Shown: one piece after another, positions 54,574 through 64,000 of the stretch
Layout of the letters: each line of letters opens with the position of its first letter
Numbering within the stretch: the first letter of the stretch is position 1
Assembly: GCA_964016885.1 (NCBI GenBank)
Contig: OZ024755.1
Span: forward strand, 13,516,001 to 13,580,000
Direction of reading: 5' to 3'
Source: Eledone cirrhosa
Lineage: Eukaryota
Length of the DNA: 64,000 nucleotides
Position numbers and translations under genes: made by a program
The notes under the pieces: model-generated
What the model was told of the DNA's origin: nothing
What the model saw: the letters and a program-made list of their open reading frames with translations, nothing else
The model's database searches: none

Positions 54574-56159
54574 ATATAATCTGAATTGAAAATCAACCAT
54601 GCACGTGTTTTAATTGGCAACACCACTCTTCCCCCACTTAAATTACAACACACAATTTCACATCTAGAATCTTTGTAAAACAAATACAAAAAGGAATTTT
54701 TTTACTGTCCCTTTTATTTCGTTTTCTATAGTAGTAATATTTACATGCCACGCGGGGATATGAGTATTGTTTTGTGTGAGTGTGATTACTTGATGGGTTT
54801 CATAAATAAGGCTCCTCGCTAAACGTGCAATGTAATCAATAAATAGTACTATATTTTTTGGTAATATCTCGTATAAGTTAATGGCAATAAAAATCTGTTT
54901 TTTTTCCCGCTCTATTTTCGTACTATTACAAATGGACCAATTGAGGATTATTTTCTAGTTAGATTTCTCTCGTTATAAGTCTTTATCTGTATCTTATTCC
55001 GAGCAGCCTTCTGGCCAAAAAGAATCATATTAATCTAAGGAACAATTTAGTAATAAATTCTTGATGCTATTTTTTAAAATTTTCTTACTATTTTCGTTTT
55101 GGAAATTAGTTGATTTAAGTGTTTTTCTTTTCTTTCCAAATTTTGTTGAATGTTTTTTGCTTGTTTGTTTCATTTTCATTACTGATTCAGCCTATCATAA
55201 GATTTCATTGTTTGGCCCTGATCGAATTGATCTATAATCGAAGGCATTCCAATCGTCTACCCCATGTTGTCTGTTTTAGAGGTATTTATGATTACATCTA
55301 ATATGTTCTCTCATTTGGAGAATCGGTCACAAATTCGCTAGAACGTCGGATAGAATGCTTTGCGGTATTCGTTTCGGCTCTCTCAGTTAAAATCGCGCCG
55401 AGGTCAACGTTGTCATTTATCCATTCGAGGTCAATAAATAAGTACCAGTATAATACTGAGGTTCATTCTTCCTCACTTCCATTCACTCATTCTCCATCTT
55501 TCTCTGAAAGAAAGCTGCTGTGTTCAAACCTAGAGAGGAGATAGTCTCCGCCAAATTTTAAAATGCCTTAGAAAATGATGTCTGTAAAAACGGTGCCCTA
55601 CGACTCCCGTAAGGGTTAAGGGACCATGTTTGCATTACAGAACCAGAGGAGATTTCATGTGGTTTGGTATCAAAAGGGTTAATGTCAATTATTGCAGTTG
55701 AGTTCATTTACAGACGACTGTGTGAAAGGGTGAATCAAAATATTTTAAACCCTAAACGAACCAGAGATCAAATTGTTATATCTATGATTTTTCTTTCTTT
55801 TTCCTATTTGATCACTGGTTCCACGGAGTATAGTTCAACATAAGATAAATGTGATTATTCAGATTCATTAATTCCCCGATTAGATTACGAAGAGGGTGGG
55901 GTGGTGTATGTTGGGGTGTTGAGAAGCAAAGAGGATGGGAGAGGCAACAATAGATGAAAAGTAAGAGAAATTGTGTGTATATGTAGAAAAGGGGGCATCT
56001 TTTGACATCGGTATTTATTGAAAGTATATTATATATATATATATATAAAGAGAGGGATAGAAAGCTGAGTATAATATATATATATAAAGAGAGGGATAGA
56101 AAGCTGAATATATATATATACAAATAGAGAGAGAGGGATAGAAAGATGTGTATGTATAT

Positions 56160-56478
56160 GGAGAGAGAGGGAGAGAGAGAGGGAGAGAGAGAGAGGGAGA
56201 GAGAGGGAGAGAGAGAGGGAGAGAGAGAGAGGGAGAGAGAGGGAGAGAGAGGGAGAGGGAGAGAGAGGGAGAGGGAGAGAGAGGGAAAGAGAGAGAGAGG
56301 GAAAGAGAGAGGGAGGGAGGGAGGGAGGGAGGGAGGGAGGGAGGGAGAGAGGGAGGGAGAGAGGGAGGGAGGGAGAGAGGAAGGGAGAGAGGGAGAGAGA
56401 TAGGGGGGGGGGGGGGGGAGAGGGAGGGAGAGAGAGAGGGAGGGAGGGAGGGAGAGAGGGAGGGAGGGAGAGAGATAG
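56160..56478. repeat. Polypurine (GA)n/(GGGA)n tract
   Basis: ~320 bp of almost pure purines. Confidence 0.97.
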
Positions 56479-57384
56479 AGAATAAAGTTAAACTATTTTC
56501 TATTGATTTTTATATCACGGCTGCTCGAATCATTTGTGCGTATATATGCGTATATATGTATAGATAGGACGTGGTGTTGGTGTAAATGTGGAAGCTTGTA
56601 TGTATGTATGTATGTATGTATGTATGTGTGTATATATATATATATATATATCTTTTTTTTTAATTTTAATTTTATTTTTATTTATTTATTAATTTTTTTA
56701 TTTTTTTTTTTTATTTTATTTATTTTATTTTTTCTCCTCGTGCAATGGCCATACTCGATAACGAGGAGGCAGCCATCATGTATGTATGTATGTATGTATG
56801 TATGTATGTATGTATGTATGTATGTGTGGGCATGTGTATATGTATAAATATGTATGTGTATAGGTATGCATGCATCTATGCTGGTGTGTATATATGTGTG
56901 TATATGTATGCTTGTGCGTGTGTGCATGTATGCATTCTTGTATTTGTAAATGTATATATGCTTTATGTGTACAACTATGTATGCATATATGCTAGTGTGC
57001 CTACATATGTGTGTATATGTTTGTATATGTATGTCTGCTTGTGTGTGTATACATACATATGCTCGTGTGTGTTTATATATACACATATATATGCTGGTAT
57101 GCATATATATATATATGAGTGTATGTTTGTATATGTATGTATGATGTTGTGTGTGTGCACATACATCTACCTGTGTTTGAATATGAATGTATATCTGTGT
57201 GAATGTATGCACGTATGCTTCTGTGTGCTGTGGCCTGTGTATATATTCAATGCTTTACAAGTTGCAGATTCTCCCAAACTTCCAAGACTAGAACTGTGTC
57301 ATGTCAATTAAGTTATTCTATTAGAAAATTGAAGAAATCTTTATCACACGTGTTTTCACGAGACTCGGAACCAATACTAATATA

Positions 57385-57606
57385 GTTTTTGATTTAGGTA
57401 CAAGGCTAACAATTTTAAGGGAAAGAAAGGAGAAAGTTGATTAAATCGACCCGAGTACGTTACTGGTACTTTATTTTATCGATCCATTGAGAAAGAAAAG
57501 CAAAGCTAACCTCTGTGGGATTTGAACTCAGAACGTAAAGGGCCGTAAGTCTATTCCACACACCATGTTGCCCGATGCTTTACCGATACTGTCAATCCAT
57601 CACCCT
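57385..57606 (-). mobile_element. Full-length tRNA-derived SINE with TSD
   Basis: Same family as 39433-39648; flanks GGAACCAATACTAATA / GGTACCAATACTAACA. Confidence 0.82.
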
Positions 57607-57659
57607 TGGTACCAATACTAACATGAATACTTTTTTTCTGTTGTTGGTGGACCTTCGTC

Positions 57660-57950
57660 GGTTCTGACGACGAATGTTCCAATTGTCCGATCAATTGAAC
57701 ATGTTCGTGGAATTAACGTGCATATAGTTGAGAATTCTACAGACACGTCCAATCATAATTCTCAGTCTCAGGGAGATTCTGCGTGACGTGGTTTAATACA
57801 AGGCTGACCCTTTGAATTTAAATGTCCAACTCATTTTTTTCCAGTTACGTGGAACGGAGCAACGTAAAATAAATTATCTTGTTCAAGGATAAAACATGTC
57901 GACAGGAATCGAACTCACGATCTTACGACCATGAACCTATCACCGTAACA
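57660..57950 (-). mobile_element. tRNA-derived SINE, third family
   Basis: Reverse complement of the 9960-10220 / 24130-24490 family; B-box GAGTTCGATTCC on the minus strand. Confidence 0.7.
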
Positions 57951-60661
57951 TACTCACTTTTACATATTTTTTTGTATTTTTTTTCTCATGATTAAACATA
58001 AATTATATGACGTGATAGTGAAACATTACAATTCTGTAAATTCCACTTTATTTGGCATGATTGTAAGAAGGTTCCGAGTCCATGGCCTTCACAGGCCCTT
58101 CAAGAAGAAAAAGATCGATGCTGTTAATGTTCTTCTTAAAGTAGGTGAGAAAAGATGAATGGTCAAGGACGCCTGCTGCACGAAAACATAATAGTAAAGC
58201 TTACTGCCTTAAACGTTTTATGCCTTTCTATTTTCTGGCAGCAGGGTGTGATATTTTAACTTGGTGGATCTGGAAGAAAGGGCAGTACCCATATTCTTCA
58301 TAGACCCTCCAAGACAGTAGTGATCGATGCTAGTAAGGTTCTGTTTAAATTGTTACAAGACCGCTCTTTTTGGAACGACATGAACAGCAAAGTAATTCCG
58401 AAAAGCCTCTAGTCTTGGCCGGAGGCACTGCAAGAGGTGGTTAGTGCAGGGTCTGTGTTTTTAAACACGAGCATATTCTGTCAGCAATAGGTTTTAGTTT
58501 TGATGTTACCACGACTGTCTTTACTGTATCACAAAAATATTCTATCATCAACGGATTTTGGTGGTGTGTTCTGAACTCGCCATCATTTTCTTTAGAGCTT
58601 TGCAAGTGCATTCATCATTAACATATTTTAGTTATGAAGATATTACAATTTTCATCAATACATCACAAGAATATTCTTTGACAAATACATTTTGGTAGTG
58701 GGTTTTGGTCTTGTCATAAATTTTTCTTTCGTTTCTTGGTCATGATTTCCGGTTCACTTAACTTTCAATTTATTATTTAATGAAACCACAATTCATTTCT
58801 ATATTACGGAAATGAAATTGAAAAGAAAACTAAAATAGTTTCGATACATTAAAATATATAAACCATGTTTGAAAGATTTATGGCAGAAAAGAAAGGAAAA
58901 CGGAAGAAAGCAAATAGGAAGACAAATATACTTCTGGAACAATGACATTAAGAATTAGGTTTAAATACGAATTAAATATTGTTTCATACTGAGAGAAAGA
59001 CAGAAAGAAGTGGAGCGTTAAGTGAAGTTGGTGTTTAAAGCAGGAGGGACACTAAATTGATTGATTTATTGCTAATTATCAAGGGAACAAATCTAGTTAC
59101 TAATAGTAACTTAAATTTCCTTCATTGATAAAATGATACCATCTGCAGGTTTTGTATATGGCCTACTTCACTGACTCAAAAGATAAAATTAGATGAATCA
59201 TCATTAGTTGTTTTTTTTTTTTACAGCCTAACAATTAATGAACCAAGAGTTAGACCCATTACCCACATATATCCACCATGGACGTATGTGGGTAATGACT
59301 ATGTCTCTATTACTCTTCTTGATAATACGAACCAAAGGTACATTTCATGTTAAACTCTTTACCCACATTTATCTACTATCCCAAAGATCTATTGATCAAC
59401 TATCAGACCTTACACAATGATACAAGCCAACGAAGAAATCTCTACATTTTTACATGACGTTCTAGAAATGACAGCTAAATGCCTCTCAAATCACACAATG
59501 TTACCTTTAAAAGGAAGATACCTCAAACCGTCTGAAAGGGTGGCTGGTTCTACGATACAAAAGCAGTGTATTTTAAAGTGTTTATGTTTATCGCAATACC
59601 TTCATTAGAAATATGATAAAGAAATGGTTAAAATGTTTATATTCCTATAAAATGTTATATTTCTGGCAACGTTTAGATGTTCACATTTTGAAAAACATTA
59701 ACGGTGAAAACGATGTGAATTGAAATGGCTTCCAACAAGAATGAAACTTAAAATGAATTGCGGAGTAGTTATATGTCAGCCCACCTCTGATCCTGTGGAT
59801 CTCCACCATTATAGAAAGTAATATGTGATAAATGCAGTTGACCTGTGAAATATTTAAAACATTGGACGGCTTTTTGCGGTCTGAGTTCAAATCATGCAGT
59901 AGCTCGTGTGGGTAACAGACTTAATCTGTGGTCCGTTTCAACACCACCACATGACCATTGGGTATCTTTAGCAAAGTACATTCTATTGCAAAGATTGGAA
60001 GCAAGCTTCTCACCAGTCATCGAGACCCCGAAAAGAAATCATAGGCACTGCACTTCCCTCTCTGACGTATTTCATTTAATGACTACAAGAGGACACAACA
60101 TTGGAGAAAATACAAAATCGAAAACAACACAAGATAGGGTTTCCATCGAGTAAAATAGAATCATCAACAACAACATCTACAACAATAGCAAGGTCAACAA
60201 CAAAGACTTCAGCTACAACAACAACAACAACAACGTCAATAACAACAGCTACAACTACAACAACAAAAGCGTAAGTTCTACTATTTGGTTTGTATCATTA
60301 TCGATACTACTTCGATGACAAACACACACCATTTGACATTTCAATAACTGTTCCTCCAAACACGAATCGAATCATACAAAAGTAATTTATTTTTAAAAAT
60401 CGAGCGATTATTGTTTCCAATCTAAATTTGCTGTGCATGAGGAGGAAAACAAACTAATCAACAAGACACGTTGGTACATTGAATATCTGTTGTATAGTAG
60501 CCAACATATCACCTATCAAAATGTTCATTCACTTTAATACTTTTTCCTTCATTGTCTCCAAATATGTGGATGTTGTTTCCAAGTGAACTTTTGGAAATAA
60601 CTTTGACCTTTAGGTGCGCATTTACTTGACTTCAGATACTTGTAAAGAAAAATTGAACAAA

Positions 60662-60662
<1 letters not shown>

Positions 60663-60694
<32 letters not shown>

Positions 60695-60807
60695 TGTGTG
60701 TGTCTGTGTGTGTCTGTGTGTGTCTGTGTGTGTCTGTGTGTGTCTGTGTGTGTCTGTGTGTGTCTGTGTGTGTCTGTGTGTGTCTGTGTGTGTCTGTGTC
60801 TGTGTCT

Positions 60808-60870
<63 letters not shown>
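60663..60870. repeat. (TG)n with internal (TGTCTGTGTG)n and (TGTGTC)n higher-order units
   Basis: Directly visible. Confidence 0.97.
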
Positions 60871-60874
<4 letters not shown>

Positions 60875-62862
60875 CCTGTGTTTGTACATATGTATACATA
60901 TGTGTATTTACACACACACACACACATATATATATATAGCCACAAAGATATATCCAGGAATTCTGAAGGAATTTAAGACATTTTTATTCGTTCTACACAT
61001 GTTTCAACAAAAGGAATGCAAAGAATATAGTAAATGGAAGAATTTGATTAAGCTGTATTATAGTATACTGGAGTAAATCCATGTACAAAGATGTGAGTAT
61101 AAAACCGAATAATTTCACATCTCATTTATATCGTATCGATAGACATTAAAAACATACATAAATTTTAGGAGAAATATATCTCCTTGCAAAACCAATGAGA
61201 CCATTACGATAACATCCTAACGTTACGAAGGTAATGTCTTCGCCTATATGTATATGATGAAAAATGTCGGTAAGTTGAATGTTTACATCGAAGACTATAA
61301 ACATGTTTACTATTTTATCTACTTCCGTAAATGACTGGTACACACCCATCGATCTTGATTGGTGACAAACAAAAAGAATTCCTGTAAGATTTGAACTTAG
61401 ACAGTAACACATTTTTTCTGATGCTCTACCGATTCTTCCTAACAACAACGTTGTAATGCGTTGAATGTGCCCATGAATGACGATGTAGGTTGTATTGTTA
61501 GCAGAAATATTAGCGATAAAGTAGGGGATAGATTTGCATCACTACATCGTGTTAGTTCTTATATTAGGACAAGTAAACAATGTAAATCATGGTAAGCCGT
61601 TCTTAAATTGAACTGACACAGTTTTATATTTCATTTTCATTCTTGTTTGTCTTTTGGTTCTGGAATACCGAAGCGAAGCAATTGATATCTGTCGACCAAA
61701 TAGCGACGAGCGTAAAATGGCAATGGTTGTTTGATAATTTAGAATGCATTCTACCTTTGTAATGATTTTAAAACAGAGTTCCTGTGGGATTTAACCATTG
61801 TTCTCATGCAATCTTGTTTGTGTTGGATCATATTTTAGAGCCAAGAGCTTTGTGCACTCTTTAGAACTGAAAGCTCGATAAAGAAGCTCGCTCAACCGAA
61901 CCAAATGCACGCACCGTGTAATGGCGACTATGTATTCTGATATTTGTAATACTTTTCTTGCTTTCATTCGTTTATAATTCCTCGGCTAATAGCTTTCGGT
62001 AATGATTTTTAACAATTTCCATATACTTTCTCCTTGCTACCAACGACTTACGTTCAAAACGGAGCGCTGAACTATTCATTCATAACTAAAATTATTCATT
62101 CGTGTACCTACAATGGAAATATTGTAATCTTACTGAAAATAATTGGTTCGTATGTCACCAAAGCAAACAACATTATGGTTTCCGTAAGTATAGCCAAAAT
62201 AGAGAACCTGTTAGCGCTTCGGTTCCTCGCATCTCAAACTCAGCCAGTGGCCCTTGACTTATTGATTACGTAAATATTGGTTTCGTATCACAAAACACTG
62301 GAATATATTTTGCAAGGAAAGGTAGATTGATTGATCTCTTCGCTGATATTATTTTATCGACTTCACTTCAGAATGATAAATAAACAACGTTGAGGAGGCG
62401 TTTATCTCAGCGCTCTCCCATCATGGATACATTTAAAACTCTTGTTTATGTAAACCTTGATTTCCAATACTTGCACAAAACTACACATTTTGTGATGGTA
62501 GACATGGCGATATGATCGATTCACTAATTAACTGGGTTTATGCATACCCCAGAAGTATGAAAGCAAAATGGATTCGTGTGGACACGAACTTAGAACGCAA
62601 GAACAGTTGAGAATAGATTTAAATACATTATATAAATATTTACCACTTTATTATACATATTTAGAACATATTACAACTACTTCTAACACTTTATCTAAAT
62701 GGTCCCCAAACTTATTCCAGAACATTTATACAATTTTACAAAAATTGTGGAACCCATACCAACGCTTTACCTACAGTCACAACCTCTCTAATTGTAATAA
62801 AATATAAAATAATTCAAAAGTTGCTTCAGAGAGAGAATGTATTAATATTATTTGTTTCAAGC

Positions 62863-63000
62863 ATAGTTACGTCCCTTTACGGTCTGAGTTCAAATCCCGT
62901 CGAGGTTAACTTTGCCTTTCATCCTTACGGGGTCGATAAAATAATAAACCAGTAATGTATTGCGTAATTGCTGGCCTTGTGCCAAAAGTAGAAACAATTA
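62863..63000 (+). mobile_element. tRNA-derived SINE, 5'-truncated
   Basis: Close reverse complement of 4760-4897. Confidence 0.85.
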
Positions 63001-63074
63001 TTTTTCAAAACAGGATTTCACAAGTATGATTGGTAGAACCTCCACGTTGGTGTTCTATAGCTGATTAGTAGCTG

Positions 63075-63845
63075 GTAAAAGCGACGACGTCTCGGGGTGA
63101 CTCAGGGAGTCGATGAAAATCAACTAATTACTCTTTTCCGGAGTTTTGGCTCAGGGCCCATGGATAATTTCCAGGACGCATTGTTAGTTCGAGATAAACT
63201 GTACAGGCATGAAAGTGCCGTCAGCTGGACCAGTCTGTGATGCATGCAGGGGGACGAAACCGTCCTGCACGTATTCTTTGAGTGTCCGAGTATTGTTAAT
63301 TTGTGTCGAATCATCAGCTGAATCATCATGAATATCGACTCACCACCTTCCTTTAGCCGGGAAAGACAGGTAGTGTATTTCTGCTTGGTGGCTTTGGCGA
63401 AAGATGTTATGTGGTGGCCGCGTTTGAAAAGGTTGAAGATAACCACTTTGCTCTTTGGCAAAGTACTGATTAATTTTTTCAGGTTTCACTTGAAGAGGAA
63501 AATCAGAGTGGGAGAGAAGTGCTGCCTTTCAACCAGATTGTTGAGAAGTTAGTGAGAGTGCAAGCATGCCCCTAATGAATGGCCTGAGTATGCGCCTGTA
63601 GATTGGGGGAGGAAATATGGGAGGGCGTACTTCATTTAGCGGTCAGGGTAACCGTGGTTTTTATGGGCTTTCTCCACAAGTGACTTCCGGAAGTCCCCCT
63701 CGATAGGGGAATTTGTTTTTGTTTGAAATTTTTTTACGTTGCTTTCTTTTCGTTATATTTTTTTACACGCATAAACCCACACTGCGTCATTTTGTGTCCT
63801 CTTAATATTTTCTTAATACGAGCCCTGGGTGGCTAATAAAGAAAC
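63075..63845 (+). mobile_element. Tx1/L1-clade LINE 3' fragment (CCHC zinc-knuckle region + 3' UTR)
   Basis: DALLVRDKLYRHESAVSWTSL*CMQGDETVLHVFFECPSI, then ..LVALAKDVMWW.R..; T-rich UTR ending AATAAAGAAA. Confidence 0.75.
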
Positions 63846-64000
63846 TATTATATACACACGTATGTATGTGTGTGTGAATGTGTGTAACAAATTGTTATAT
63901 TTTATTTAGACACCTTATCACGCAAAATCCCAGAATTCTTTCGTGAAAGCCACTTTCGGAAACACTGCTGCAAGGCATAATTCAGAAAAAACTTGCCTTA

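Overview
A 64-kb AT-rich animal genomic window with no host protein-coding exon that I can recognise. The SINE families and microsatellite density suggest an octopus-type cephalopod (inference). Nearly all listed ORFs are artefacts of (TA)n/(CA)n/(TATG)n/(GAA)n repeats. The real content is mobile DNA: (i) a full-bordered 4.7-kb Helitron (39903-44648, minus) with a broken PIF1-like helicase and a nested TTAGGG-containing palindrome; (ii) four copies of a ~610-bp bipartite RTE-derived retroposon ending in a C2H2 zinc-finger remnant and a (TATG)n tail; (iii) several Penelope-like remnants with minimal hammerhead ribozymes, one apparently intact (50310-50365, minus); (iv) mariner transposase fragments and several MITEs; (v) RTE, CRE, R4/Dong and Tx1/L1 LINE fragments; (vi) more than 20 tRNA-derived SINE copies. 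The most interesting signal is a ~110-nt multi-stem 5' leader shared, with apparent compensatory changes, between the bipartite retroposon and a divergent RTE-like 5' fragment at 35.7 kb. It is a candidate uncharacterised structured RNA or ribozyme. All alignments and folds were done by eye.
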